Source: a plasmid. Taken from it: 64,000 nt of DNA. The stretch is from sequence record NZ_CP043850.1; one strand, given 5' to 3'. The position numbers and the translations under genes are program-made. A model generated the notes under the pieces. The model saw only the letters and a program-made list of their open reading frames with translations. It was not told the DNA's origin and did not search any database. This document shows positions 26,201 through 35,130 of the stretch, piece after piece (positions within the stretch are counted from its first letter, which is position 1; every line of letters begins with the position of its first letter).

Positions 26201-26652
26201 CGCGCGTCGGCCTGGTCGGTGGGCTGTGACGGGGTGTCCTCGAGCTGGGTGTCTTCGAGCTGGGTGGAGATCGAGGACCCGTTGGTGCTCGGCTGGGCAG
26301 TCATGGCCGTGGCCGGGGTACCTGCTCCGATGGCCAGCACGGCCGCCACGAGGGCGCCAGCTAGGGCCTGCTGCGGGCGGAGCCCCGCCAGCTGCGGGGC
26401 CGTGACGTTGTTCAGGGCTGCACGGGCCTCCACGAGCACGGAGAACACGAACGAAGCCCAGAAGCCCCAGCCGATCAGCGGCAGGATGGTGCCGAGCAGG
26501 AAGGTGCCGCCGAAGTCGACGCCGGTCAGTGCCTGCTGCAGCTCGGGCATGGTGGGGATCGGGTTGCCGGCGAACAGGATCAGGGCTGCTGGGATGCCGA
26601 CCATGAGCAGCAGCAGCACCAGCAGTGCTCCCAGGCCTTTGAGAGTGCGCAT
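23272..26652 (-). CDS. Large membrane protein of 1126 aa: N-terminal TM helices, LysM domain, Pro/Glu/Asp-rich linker, third TM helix, and a C-terminal SARP-like module (OmpR-type winged helix + BTAD)
   Basis: LysM motif YTIQTGDTLWGVAEQKLGDGSRW. wHTH MIRLLGEMKVIG..RNKLATHTRRL..EGYRLD. BTAD-like helical C-terminus. Confidence 0.55.
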   Translation of the reverse strand: MRTLKGLGALLVLLLLMVGIPAALILFAGNPIPTMPELQQALTGVDFGGTFLLGTILPLIGWGFWASFVFSVLVEARAALNNVTAPQLAGLRPQQALAGALVAAVLAIGAGTPATAMTAQPSTNGSSISTQLEDTQLEDTPSQPTDQADARQYTIQTGDTLWGVAEQKLGDGSRWSELAEGLKNRPQADGTTMSDPNLIYVGWTVELPGDQTASSGQRTAPTDQATDQPDVASEATASESAPATEQAPASEQVPATPPASVPGEVVPQSEREQSPAPDQEASPVPGAAFAVAPDQPGSDRAEAETAQPEQVEWSTLGGIGAFAAAGLLGVLGARRAMQRRRRRPGQQVPMPEAEHAQIEAQLKVVAEAEQADELDVVQRWLARWAQQSGTTLPELFLVRVSAQEIALYLMGPAQLPAPFVAAAEDGTVWTLQSGAIELDADLPSAPWPGLVTVGQDDTDAQVLLDLERLGTLGIEGDPQLAPQVLDAMAVELATAAWSENVQVTLVGVAPGLASVVGGDRVRQIDDLDHLIRLLQGKAEDTRAALTEQGAANLDEAKSMSAEGDWAPEIVLLGLHPDQDQARQINELAAAIPHLGIAAVTTSNPLDAQWVLTLEDERNADLQPTGQHLRPQLVTPEETDQITQVLATALQQPQDTGKTSTRIDPAEVLNPSKHLTAVPDPHEPAADQDEERTEQIPQVSISAAEERTLDQYLIPAEQTEDAQDPAGELDDQDLQPVVEEQTPEETAPQLETTAEQPAQDELGDTPTQDPAELGDTPAEQAPTEGAAEPEDDAAPDAADHQQEPEQATRESAEEDAQDQDQAPAGQLDTADQEQRAPAATVSQLSAQSPKDDLERDAAQMLEQKHSGAPMIRLLGEMKVIGARGTAPISASNGKVSQAQEARCVALAAFLSLHPGATAEQVHAAFWPNARPEGSAASSNRNKLATHTRRLLGQAEDGTVYFPAVTTTEGYRLDESVLTDWQVFQELVGADPVTASTPSLLAAMQLVRGEPFAHAKPRNIAWADELVQQMTQRICDAAHELVARSLASGNTEHARLAARAARAVDPANEAAWRDAMLAEAAAGRRDEVARLVEGLHAYLEDFEDGLEPEEETAELIEQLRNHGYRVAS

Positions 26653-26746
26653 CGTCGTGTCTCCGCCTCAAGATGGTGGTTTCAGGGGTCTCATCAGGCA
26701 GTAGGCACAGCCTGCTCCCCCATGTCCCTCTTGTGTTTATCTCACC

Positions 26747-28009
26747 TCAGTTTAGGGGAGGTGGGGTGGCGCGGGCCAGACGTGACTCCCGCTCCAGCCG
26801 ACGTCGGGCGAAATCCGCCCGGATCTTCTTCAACGCGGCCTGCCTGAGCGCCGATGACGGGGACGCTGCCGCCGCTCGAGCATGTGCTGCCGCCTCGCGC
26901 TGGGCCTTCTGCTCGAGGAGATCGCGCTGACGACGTCGCTGCAGCCGCTGAGAGATCGAGGTACTCACCTGGCCGTCTGCCTCCAGCCAGTGTCCCAGGC
27001 GCCATCGAACATGCCCGCGCACACGCGAGGTGTCCTGCCCGACTCCCAAGCTGTCCAGGTGGTGGGCACCGGCAGGTGCATGCTCGAGCCCGTGCAGCAC
27101 ATCAGCGACCGTCCAGCCCGCCTCGAAGAACCCCCGGACCAGGGAACGAACATCCCGGGCCGACAGCACACGCAGGCTCAGGACCCGATCCTGCAATGCT
27201 CTGGCTGCTGCGAGCTGCTGACGACGAGTGCGCACCGATGCATGCACCGGCCAGAGCTCCGTCTGCGGCCTTTCCCGCGCGTGCGTGGTTTGTTCTAGCA
27301 CTACTGGTGTGTCCTCTAACGAGGTAGGGGTCCAACTTCTCTCCACACCCAGCGCCACGTCGATGAACCGCCGCACCCGCACCTGCTGATCCGTTACCAC
27401 TCCCCCACTGCTCTGGGACCGCCGCATCAGCCGAGCCACCTGCAGCGCCACCGTCTTGCACAGCACATAGACCGCGGCCTCGTTGATCCGCTTCCCGTCT
27501 GGCCCCGGGGCCGCGTACCGGGCAGAGCGCCCGCCTGCGACCAGGCCCAGCACACCCTGCTCACGCAGCCACCGGATCGCCGCGGACACGGTGCTGCTCT
27601 TGCGCCCCACCATCACCTCTAGGCGGGCATGCCCGGGCCGGGATGTCATGGACCTGACATCCGCGGTGGCCACCAGGGCGGCCATCAGCCGGCGCATCAG
27701 CTGACGACGTCGCGGGCCCAGCTGATCAAACGCCGGCAGGGCCTCGAGCGCGGGGATGGCCTCGTCCAGGGCGGCCACGCGTTGGGAGCCGGCCGGCACG
27801 CGGGAGAGCACCACGGCCGGGTCGGTCTCACGGGCCCGGTTCACCCGCCGCCAGTCCGCGCGGTTCGGGTTCGTGATCCTCCCCCTGCGGCGCCGACGAG
27901 CGCCGCGGGATGGCCGTGCTGGTGAGGGCGCGGGGTGCCGCGGAGTCGGCCCGCCCCCCAGGGGGGACGTGCCATGGAGAAACAGATTCGATAGACTGGG
28001 GCACGTCAA
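26747..28009 (-). CDS. Hypothetical protein with a winged-helix-like segment; N-terminal boundary uncertain (ORF-track TTG start)
   Basis: STVSAAIRWLREQGVLGLV is wHTH-like. Arg-rich N- and C-termini. Confidence 0.4.
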   Translation of the reverse strand: MTCPSLSNLFLHGTSPLGGGPTPRHPAPSPARPSRGARRRRRGRITNPNRADWRRVNRARETDPAVVLSRVPAGSQRVAALDEAIPALEALPAFDQLGPRRRQLMRRLMAALVATADVRSMTSRPGHARLEVMVGRKSSTVSAAIRWLREQGVLGLVAGGRSARYAAPGPDGKRINEAAVYVLCKTVALQVARLMRRSQSSGGVVTDQQVRVRRFIDVALGVERSWTPTSLEDTPVVLEQTTHARERPQTELWPVHASVRTRRQQLAAARALQDRVLSLRVLSARDVRSLVRGFFEAGWTVADVLHGLEHAPAGAHHLDSLGVGQDTSRVRGHVRWRLGHWLEADGQVSTSISQRLQRRRQRDLLEQKAQREAAAHARAAAASPSSALRQAALKKIRADFARRRLERESRLARATPPPLN

Positions 28010-28185
28010 GATCGACGTACCTCCTTTCGGGGATACGACGCAGCCCTCCCTTGGGAGGGTCCGGGTCCCTTGGCGGGGACACGGGCAAGCAGGTCGAGAG
28101 CTGGTGAATGGCTAGTTCTGGGGCTCTCGAATCAACTGAAAACTTCGACTAGATGCCTGTGGGTAGCAGATCTAGTCCTAAGAAG

Positions 28186-28215
28186 CGGACTCGTTGGCGC
28201 GGGTCCGCTTCTTGC
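28186..28215 (-). terminator. Hairpin GAAGCGGAC-N12-GTCCGCTTC downstream of the RHH gene
   Basis: 9-bp inverted repeat followed by a T-rich stretch on the minus strand. Confidence 0.5.
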
Positions 28216-28219
28216 ATGT

Positions 28220-28468
28220 TCAGGCGCTCTTCAAGTCGAAGACCTCCTGACCGTTCGACGTAGGCACTTCGCGGGAATCGAGGTCCCGCATGATGAGAGT
28301 TGCGACGTAGTCAGTCACGCTCTCCCCGGTGTGGTCCAGCAGGGCGCGCATCTTCGGCTCGTAGGACCGCGGAAGTTTGGTCGTCAAGGTGACTCGGTCA
28401 CCTCGAGACCGACGACCCCCGCGGGGTCGCGGGGACTGGGACATCGTTGCGCTCATGCGGGTGAGCAT
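28220..28468 (-). CDS. Ribbon-helix-helix (CopG/Arc/MetJ-like) DNA-binding protein
   Basis: VTLTTKLPRSYEPKMRALLDHTGESVTDYVATLIMRDL is a typical RHH beta-alpha-alpha fold. Confidence 0.55.
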   Translation of the reverse strand: MLTRMSATMSQSPRPRGGRRSRGDRVTLTTKLPRSYEPKMRALLDHTGESVTDYVATLIMRDLDSREVPTSNGQEVFDLKSA

Positions 28469-28545
28469 ACGCTAATCGGATTGACATCCTAGGGTTCTCC
28501 TACGCAACGCGCCGGGGCGAACTTCAGACCCACCTCGGCGCAGAC

Positions 28546-29478
28546 TTACGGCTTCACGTTCAGGGCGTGGAACTCGCCGATCTTCACCGGCTGAGAGCTC
28601 CGCGTGAGGGTCTCGATCACACCCGACTCCCCTTCGGCCTCCCACTCCACGGACCACGTTGTGATCGCCGCGACCGTGTAGTCGCCCATCTCCATGTAGG
28701 TGTGCCCGCAGGTCGGGGACTCCTTCTTCCCGAACGACCTCTCGTACGGGGTGCCAGGGCCCTCGCAGACCACCTGCGTGCCATCACCCATGTCCCAGGT
28801 CACGAACTTCGGTCGGGCCGTGGCCGTCACCTGCACCCCGTCCACCTCTTCCGTGACCGTGTACGGCCCCCAGGCCAGCGGGTCGCCCGTGTTGCCCACC
28901 CACATCCATGCCGGCAGGCCCACAGCGCCCACACCGCGCTCGTCGGCGCCCTTCGGGGTCATGCCGATCTCGATGCCCTGAAGCTGCATTCGCGCCACCA
29001 CCTCGGTCGCGGCCGCAGACGGGGATAGCTGACCCCCCACCACCGTGGAGGGCATCCAGCGCACCTCGTTCGGCACCCCAAGGGTCGGGGCTGCCGGTAC
29101 GCATTCCTCCCAGGCACCCACCGGGTGCGGCGCGTCCGGCGGGGGCGGCGGCTGATCCGCGGTGTTCTGCCACACGCAGTCGCGGGCCTTGTCGTAGTTC
29201 ACGTCGCACCGGTACGGCACCGAGCCGCCGTTGTTGATGTCGCAGAAGTCGCGCTCCACCGGCTGCGCCGGAACGAGCCCGCCGTTCCCGGGCCCGCCCT
29301 GTCCCGGCGTCCCAGGCTCCGTGACGGAGAACTCGCAGTCGCCACGCTTGCAGCCCGCACCTTGGACCCCAGGCTCAACCCCGAAGGCGGCTGCCGGTGC
29401 ACTGGCTGCCGCAATGGCCACCGCGACTGCGCCCAGCAGACTTCCCACCTGATGCTTCCTATGACGCCGCATCAGCAC
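28546..29478 (-). CDS. Secreted protein with an N-terminal signal peptide, Cys-rich and Gly/Pro-rich
   Basis: Signal peptide LLGAVAVAIAAASAPAAAFG. No recognisable domain. Confidence 0.55.
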   Translation of the reverse strand: MLMRRHRKHQVGSLLGAVAVAIAAASAPAAAFGVEPGVQGAGCKRGDCEFSVTEPGTPGQGGPGNGGLVPAQPVERDFCDINNGGSVPYRCDVNYDKARDCVWQNTADQPPPPPDAPHPVGAWEECVPAAPTLGVPNEVRWMPSTVVGGQLSPSAAATEVVARMQLQGIEIGMTPKGADERGVGAVGLPAWMWVGNTGDPLAWGPYTVTEEVDGVQVTATARPKFVTWDMGDGTQVVCEGPGTPYERSFGKKESPTCGHTYMEMGDYTVAAITTWSVEWEAEGESGVIETLTRSSQPVKIGEFHALNVKP

Positions 29479-30221
29479 GTCTGCACCCCCGGGTCATCCT
29501 CCGAGGGCTCCGAGGAGCCCGTGACCGTCCACCTCTTGTTCTGCTCGTCCCAGCGCGTCGAGAAGTCGAGCACGTACCGGTCTGCACCGGTCGGCAGCTC
29601 GTTCCCGGCCTCGTCTGTCACCGTGACGCCGGAGTTGTCCTCGCAGACGCGCACCACCACGGACGAGTAGTCCGTCCGCGAGCCATCAGGCCAGATCAAC
29701 GGCCCGGCCGTGGCCTGAATCAGCTCCGGCTCCGATGCGCCCTCGTAGGTGCGCTTCTTGCCCTCGAACGCATTGGTCAGCGCTGCCTTCTCCTGCTCGA
29801 GGTAGGGGCCCGAGACGATGGAAGACAGCTCGTCCACCTGCTCCGGGTCCCGATCCTGCAGCAGCTTCGTTTGCGCCTCGTAGTACCGCTGCACGGCCTT
29901 CCACCCCATCTCCTTCCCCTCCTCGTACGTCTTCGGGGCCTCCTCCGCCTTCACGGGCTCGAACGCTTCCACGCGGTCCGACTCCGACGCCGATCCCGAC
30001 CCGGCCGACGACGACCCACTCGAACCCGCAGCAGGCGACGACGACAAGGGGTTCTCCGGGATCGGTGCCGGCGACGACTCCGACGCGCTCGCGGGCGTCG
30101 TCTCGCTGGTGGGGCTCTCCTGTCCCCCGTCGGTGCAGCCGGTCAGGAGCAGAGCAGCAGACAGGGCCGCGCCTGCGGTGGCGGTGAGCTTCTTCTGACG
30201 GATCATGGTGGTCTCCTTCAT
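29472..30221 (-). CDS. Lipoprotein (lipobox LLTGC)
   Basis: Signal peptide plus lipobox. Ser/Pro-rich linker. Confidence 0.55.
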   Translation of the reverse strand: MKETTMIRQKKLTATAGAALSAALLLTGCTDGGQESPTSETTPASASESSPAPIPENPLSSSPAAGSSGSSSAGSGSASESDRVEAFEPVKAEEAPKTYEEGKEMGWKAVQRYYEAQTKLLQDRDPEQVDELSSIVSGPYLEQEKAALTNAFEGKKRTYEGASEPELIQATAGPLIWPDGSRTDYSSVVVRVCEDNSGVTVTDEAGNELPTGADRYVLDFSTRWDEQNKRWTVTGSSEPSEDDPGVQTC

Positions 30222-30223
30222 GG

Positions 30224-30652
30224 TCAGATCGTGTTCTGGCTGATGCTTGAGGTCCCGGTTCCCTGTCCGGTGAGGACGCCGACGGGAATGAACTTGGGGT
30301 GGTACTCGACGGTGACGTCGACGGTCACCTTCGTGTTCGTGGTCCTGACGGTGCCGGTGGCCCCTGACTGGGCGAGGAACTGCTGGGCGGCCCGGGCCGC
30401 TTCTGCGCGGTCCAGCTGCACCTCTTCCCCCTCGGCGGCCGCGGCCTGCACGCCGGCGTTGGCGCCGGAGCGGGCGGCCTGCAGCGCGATGGTCACGGCC
30501 TCCTCGGACGCTCGGACCTTGCCGGCCCAGTCGACGCTGAGGCCGAAGCCGACGAGCACGATCACGGGCACCAGCAGCAGGACCAGGAAGGAGCTCTCGC
30601 CGTCCTCGCGGCGCAGCCAGTCTCTGATCGAGGTCAGGGTCGTGGTGCTCAT
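30224..30652 (-). CDS. TadE/TadG-like pilus assembly protein
   Basis: N-terminal E-G-S-S-F-hydrophobic segment (REDGESSFLVLLLVPVIVL) typical of TadE-like pseudopilins. ATGA overlap with the upstream gene. Confidence 0.5.
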   Translation of the reverse strand: MSTTTLTSIRDWLRREDGESSFLVLLLVPVIVLVGFGLSVDWAGKVRASEEAVTIALQAARSGANAGVQAAAAEGEEVQLDRAEAARAAQQFLAQSGATGTVRTTNTKVTVDVTVEYHPKFIPVGVLTGQGTGTSSISQNTI

Positions 30653-31110
30653 CAGCGCCTCTCTCGGTAGGTGTCCACGGGGGACGCGGCTTCGGCGGTC
30701 AGAGTCCAGGAGCCGGGGACGCCGGGGACGGCGAGGTCGGCCAGCGGAACGGAGCACTCGATGGTGGCGGTGACCTCTCCCGGGACCCCGGGGGCGTTGT
30801 TGAGCGCGGAGGTGTCCATGACCAGGCTCTGACCGCCGCAGGTGAAGTCGGCCTGGTCCAGGGTCATCCGCGCGGAAGACTGAGCGTTGGACTGGGCCTG
30901 CCCCGGGGTGCCGGCCAAGGTGGCCTCGCGGACGGCGACGCCCACAGCAGCCTCCAGTGAGGTCTGGGCCGCGCCCAGGCGGCCGGCGACCAGGGCCATG
31001 AGGATCAGCATGCCGATGGCCGGGGCGATGTAGAGCAGCCCGATGCCGGACTCCCCTCGCTCCTGACGGACCAGAGCACGCAGCGAACAGAGCAGACCGG
31101 TCATAGTCAT
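30652..31110 (-). CDS. TadE/TadG-like pilus assembly protein
   Basis: N-terminal QERGESGIGLLYIAPAIGMLILMALV. Overlapping start and stop codons within the operon. Confidence 0.5.
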   Translation of the reverse strand: MTMTGLLCSLRALVRQERGESGIGLLYIAPAIGMLILMALVAGRLGAAQTSLEAAVGVAVREATLAGTPGQAQSNAQSSARMTLDQADFTCGGQSLVMDTSALNNAPGVPGEVTATIECSVPLADLAVPGVPGSWTLTAEAASPVDTYRERR

Positions 31111-31508
31111 CTCACCACCTTCTCGACGGGGCCGGTGATGGATCGGGTGACCGGGGGGCTGAGCCACTCCCCGGTGAACGTGGGGGCGGTGCCCGAGACG
31201 GTGACCGTCATGCGGTCCCCGCTGGCGGAGATGCTCACCTCGGCTCCTCGCAGGCTGCCTTCGTGCTGGGCCAGGACCTGCTGGGCAGCCTGGCGGCCTT
31301 CGGCGGCAGAGCCCTCCATCAGGCGGGAGGCGCTGTAGGCGGCGTTGGCCGCCGCCTGGGCCACCGTGGAGGCCTGGTAGTAGGCCCCCGCCTGCGGGAC
31401 GGCGAGCACGAGCAGGAGGGCGACGGGGGTGATCAGCGCGCTGGCAATGCTCGAGGCACCGGCCTCGTTCTCGCGCAGGCGCTGGATCAGTGTTGCGGGG
31501 TGGATCAT
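31107..31508 (-). CDS. TadE-like pilus assembly protein
   Basis: N-terminal ENEAGASSIASALITPVALLLVLAV. Confidence 0.45.
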   Translation of the reverse strand: MIHPATLIQRLRENEAGASSIASALITPVALLLVLAVPQAGAYYQASTVAQAAANAAYSASRLMEGSAAEGRQAAQQVLAQHEGSLRGAEVSISASGDRMTVTVSGTAPTFTGEWLSPPVTRSITGPVEKVVR

Positions 31509-31543
31509 CTGCCCTCCTGCTCGTGTCGTTCTCGGGCCCGGGA

Positions 31544-31726
31544 TCAGCCGAGCTCCCCGATCTTTCCCTGGCCGAAGGCGTTGATGCCGGCCCAGATTGC
31601 CGCGGCCAGCGCGACGGCGCCGATGACGCCCAGGATGATCTCGATGGTCTCGGCCCCGGTCTCGTCCTCGGCCTTCTCGGTGAGCATGGAGCGCAGGATC
31701 AGGTACTGCTGCATCAGGGTGTTCAT
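31544..31726 (-). CDS. flp: Flp/Fap pilin
   Basis: 60-aa protein with DETGAETIEIILGVIGAVALAAAIW, the hallmark E-x-G-x-T-x-[IV]-E-Y N-terminus of Flp pilins. Confidence 0.7.
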   Translation of the reverse strand: MNTLMQQYLILRSMLTEKAEDETGAETIEIILGVIGAVALAAAIWAGINAFGQGKIGELG

Positions 31727-31814
31727 GGTGGGTCCTCATTTCCTTTCATCGGCACCGAGTCGGTCTCGGTGCTCTCCTGTCGGGCTCTTCTGCCTCGAGT
31801 GAGGCGGAGGCGTC

Positions 31815-32687
31815 TCACGCTGAGATCAACGTCAACATCATCGGCGTGAGGACGATCACGGTGAACATCAAAGCGATGAGCATGATGATGTTCTTCATGC
31901 GGCCAGAGGCCTCGTGTTCTCGGGCGGCTTCCTCGTTGAGCATGCGCACCCGCAGGTTCCGGCCCAGGGCTCGAAGCGGTTCGTAGACGCTGGCTCCATT
32001 GTCTCCTGACAGGCGCATCACACGGGCCGCTTCGGCGAGGTCTGGGACCTGGAGCTGCACGGAGAGCTCTTCGAGCGCGACCCAGGGCTGGACCTTGGAG
32101 AAGCGGGCCCGGACGAGTTCCTGGCGGATGCGCTGGAAGGCCCAGGAGTCCCCGATGGCGGCCGCGTTCTCCAGCGCCACCGTGGGCTGGGCGTTGCGGC
32201 TGCGCTCGGCCGCCATCAGCTCCACGTACACGGCGACCGCACGGGCGAACTCGCGCCGGGCCTTGGTTGCCTGCTTGCGGGCCTCTGCGTCCGGGGCGAG
32301 CCACACGACGGCGACGAGCAGGCCCACCAGCACCAGCGACAGCCACAGGGGCATGGAGTAGAACACCTGCGCACCCACGCTCAGGGACAGGCCGACCACC
32401 AGCATCAGGGCCGCGCCGTAGATCTTGGCCCAGGTGTGCCGTGACCGGGTGGTCCCCAGCACATCCAGGTCGGCGTCGCTGAGGCCGTGGATCATGCTGG
32501 CGGGCAGATGCGCCATGGCCCACTGGGAAGCCCTCTCCTTCCACGAGAGCGCGGCGCTGGGGGTGATCTCCTGCCCGGGGGCCCCGGGCAGGGCGGCCAG
32601 GGACAGGCGCGGGCGCTCCGGCAACAGAGGCCAGAGCAGGGCGGTCAGGGCCAGCCCGAAGAGCATGCCGGCGATGATCATCATGCG
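31815..32687 (-). CDS. tadC: TadC (T2SS-F/GspF domain) pilus assembly membrane protein
   Basis: Polytopic membrane protein. ATGATGA overlap with tadB. The ORF-track N-terminal extension is rejected. Confidence 0.65.
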   Translation of the reverse strand, partial: RMMIIAGMLFGLALTALLWPLLPERPRLSLAALPGAPGQEITPSAALSWKERASQWAMAHLPASMIHGLSDADLDVLGTTRSRHTWAKIYGAALMLVVGLSLSVGAQVFYSMPLWLSLVLVGLLVAVVWLAPDAEARKQATKARREFARAVAVYVELMAAERSRNAQPTVALENAAAIGDSWAFQRIRQELVRARFSKVQPWVALEELSVQLQVPDLAEAARVMRLSGDNGASVYEPLRALGRNLRVRMLNEEAAREHEASGRMKNIIMLIALMFTVIVLTPMMLTLISA

Positions 32688-33547
32688 GAGCTCCTTGCGG
32701 TGAGCAGCCGGATTTGGGGCTGGGGGGCGACCACGCGGGTCATCCAGAAGATCAGCAGCGCGGTGATCGAGGCCAGGGCAATGAAGATGATCTGCCCGGC
32801 CGGGCTCTGGTAGGCGGCCATCGGTCCTCCCATCATCGGTGTCACGCACAGGGCGCCGACCACGAACAGGATCACGATCCGCGCTTCGCGGCGTGCGCCG
32901 GCGCGGTCCGAGACGATCGAGCGGCGCTTGGCCACCTCTTCCTCGACCGCGGCGGCCAGGTCCTCCAGGGCGTTGACCAGGCCGCGGCCGCGCTGCATGG
33001 CGGCCAGGTTCAGGTGCATGACGATCAGGTCTCCGGTCTGGTCGGCCAGGTCGTAGCCGAGGTGGCGCAGCGCGTCCGTGGTGCTCCAGCTGGCCCGGAT
33101 GCGCGCCACGAGGCGGCCGATGTCCTCCCGGATCAGGGGGCCGGCGTTGGGCAGGGAGGCGATCAGGGCGGTCTCCAGGCCGGCGCCGGAGGTGAGCAGG
33201 CCGGACAGGGAGCGGGTCCACATCTCCATCTGGGCGAGCTTGTCGATCTGGTTGGTGGTCGAGACGGCACTGAACCCCAAGCGGACCAGGATCACGCAGG
33301 CCGGGAGGATCAGCAGGTACACCAGCAGGTGCGTGAACAGCGCGAGGAAGAAGCCGGCGGCGGCAGCGATGCCGACCGCGATCCAGGTCTTGCGGTCGAA
33401 TCGGGCGGCCAAGCGCTTGGCCATGGCGGTCAGACGGGAGTCCGGGGCGGCCGCCTTCGGCTCCGCCGGCCACCGCCAGTTGACCACGGCCAGGCCGAGT
33501 CCGAGCACGGCCAGTGCAGTGCCCAGGGTGATGAGCAGGGTGTGCAT
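32681..33547 (-). CDS. tadB: TadB (T2SS-F/GspF domain) pilus assembly membrane protein
   Basis: Polytopic membrane protein lying between tadA and tadC. Confidence 0.65.
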   Translation of the reverse strand: MHTLLITLGTALAVLGLGLAVVNWRWPAEPKAAAPDSRLTAMAKRLAARFDRKTWIAVGIAAAAGFFLALFTHLLVYLLILPACVILVRLGFSAVSTTNQIDKLAQMEMWTRSLSGLLTSGAGLETALIASLPNAGPLIREDIGRLVARIRASWSTTDALRHLGYDLADQTGDLIVMHLNLAAMQRGRGLVNALEDLAAAVEEEVAKRRSIVSDRAGARREARIVILFVVGALCVTPMMGGPMAAYQSPAGQIIFIALASITALLIFWMTRVVAPQPQIRLLTARSSA

Positions 33548-35130
33548 CAGGCGCCTCCTGCCACTCGGGTCAGGTCGAAGCCCACACGCTCGAGGTCAGC
33601 GCGCAGCCGGGTGTCCCCGGGGGGCTGCACAGGCTGGGCGTGGTCGTCGCCCGGGCGCATCTCGAACAGCGGTGCGACGGAGATGCCATCGGCGCTGTCT
33701 CCAGGCATGACCTCAGCGATGGTCACGACCTTGCGGCGCCACAGCCCCTGGGCGTCCTGGATCTTGCGCATCTGCAGGACGATGTCAAGGTGGTGGCCCA
33801 GCTGCCGGGTCATGAAGGTCTCGGAGAACTCATTCATGCCCAGACCCACCAGACGGTGGACCGCTTCCTGGGCACTGTAGGAGTGGACGGTGCAGAACGT
33901 GCCGGCGCCGGTCTGCATGGCTTGGATCATCGCGGTGATCTCGGTGCCGCGGACCTCGCCGACGAGGATGCGACGGCTGTTCAGTCGCAGGGCCTTCTCC
34001 ATGGCCTGGGCCAGGGTGTACTCCCCGATCCGAGAGCCGTCCGCGGTGCGCTCCCCCACCCCCGGTCGGTACTGCAGCTCGATCGGGGGGACCATCAGCG
34101 AGTCCAGGCGGTCCAGGTGCAGCTCGCGCTCTTTCTCGATGGTCACGATCTGCTCCATGGGAGGGATGCGCCCGGCCAGGGAGCGCATCAGGGTCGTCTT
34201 GCCGTCACCGCCGAAGCCTGAGATCACGATGGTCTTCTGCGCCTTCACGCAGGCGGTGAGGAAGTCGCACGCCAACGGGGAGATCACGCCGGTCTCGACC
34301 ATCTGGTCCAGAGTCACGTTCACGAAGCGGTGGACGCGGAAGACCGCGGTCGGACGCTTGGAGATCGGGGGGGCGGTAGCGGCCAGACGAACCGCGCCGC
34401 GCAGGTCCATGTCCAGGTCCGGGGAGGCGGCGCTGAAGGATCGGGACTCCTCCCCCGCGTGGGATGCCAGGTACTGCAGATCGGCCATCAGCTGCTCGTC
34501 GCTGTCGGCCACCGGGGGGCGAGGTTCCATGCGTCCGCCGGCGAGCTCGACCCAGACGCGGTCGCAGCCGTTGATGTGCACGTTCTCGACCTCGGGCTCG
34601 TCCAGAAGGGCCTGGAACCGGCCCAGGCCGAACATGTCGTCTCGCAGGGCCTGGCGCAGCGCCTGGCGCTCCTGGGAGCTCCAGGCGGCGGCCTGACCGC
34701 CGGTCTGCATGTTCTCCCGGTCCATCTCGTCGATGACGGAGTCGATGTGCTTCCAGCCCATGGACTGCCGCTCGTCCTCGGAGATGCCCTCCCGGCCGGC
34801 CAGCTCATCGGCGTAGCGATCCGAGGCCCGGTCGCGCAGGGTCTTGACGATCGACCAGAACGCGCGCATCTCGGTGTCCGGGGAGGTCCGGGCGGCCTCT
34901 GGTGCCGGCGAGGCCTCCAGAGACGGCTCCTGCACGGCGGAGGGCGCCGGGATGGTGCGTTCCGTGACGGGCGTGACCGAGTTCAGCTGCGATCCGAGCG
35001 GGCGGCTCAGATGGGCCCCCGCCGCTGCCGGGATCAGCGAGACCCGATCGGTCTTCTGCGCCGGCGCCCCGGTCAGGTACGGGCTGTTGAGCAGGTCCAG
35101 GGAGGTGTCGTCGCGGCCGGTGTTGCTCAT
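33547..35130 (-). CDS. tadA: TadA/CpaF secretion ATPase (VirB11/GspE superfamily)
   Basis: Walker A GFGGDGKTT and Walker B. Standard CpaF architecture. Confidence 0.8.
   Translation of the reverse strand: MSNTGRDDTSLDLLNSPYLTGAPAQKTDRVSLIPAAAGAHLSRPLGSQLNSVTPVTERTIPAPSAVQEPSLEASPAPEAARTSPDTEMRAFWSIVKTLRDRASDRYADELAGREGISEDERQSMGWKHIDSVIDEMDRENMQTGGQAAAWSSQERQALRQALRDDMFGLGRFQALLDEPEVENVHINGCDRVWVELAGGRMEPRPPVADSDEQLMADLQYLASHAGEESRSFSAASPDLDMDLRGAVRLAATAPPISKRPTAVFRVHRFVNVTLDQMVETGVISPLACDFLTACVKAQKTIVISGFGGDGKTTLMRSLAGRIPPMEQIVTIEKERELHLDRLDSLMVPPIELQYRPGVGERTADGSRIGEYTLAQAMEKALRLNSRRILVGEVRGTEITAMIQAMQTGAGTFCTVHSYSAQEAVHRLVGLGMNEFSETFMTRQLGHHLDIVLQMRKIQDAQGLWRRKVVTIAEVMPGDSADGISVAPLFEMRPGDDHAQPVQPPGDTRLRADLERVGFDLTRVAGGA

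Noticed and set aside
31815-33473. 552-aa ORF-track call spanning tadC plus an upstream extension
   Set aside because: The N-terminal ~260 aa are Arg/Pro/Gly-rich and overlap tadB in another frame. The true tadC start is the ATGATGA at ~32687, translationally coupled to tadB.
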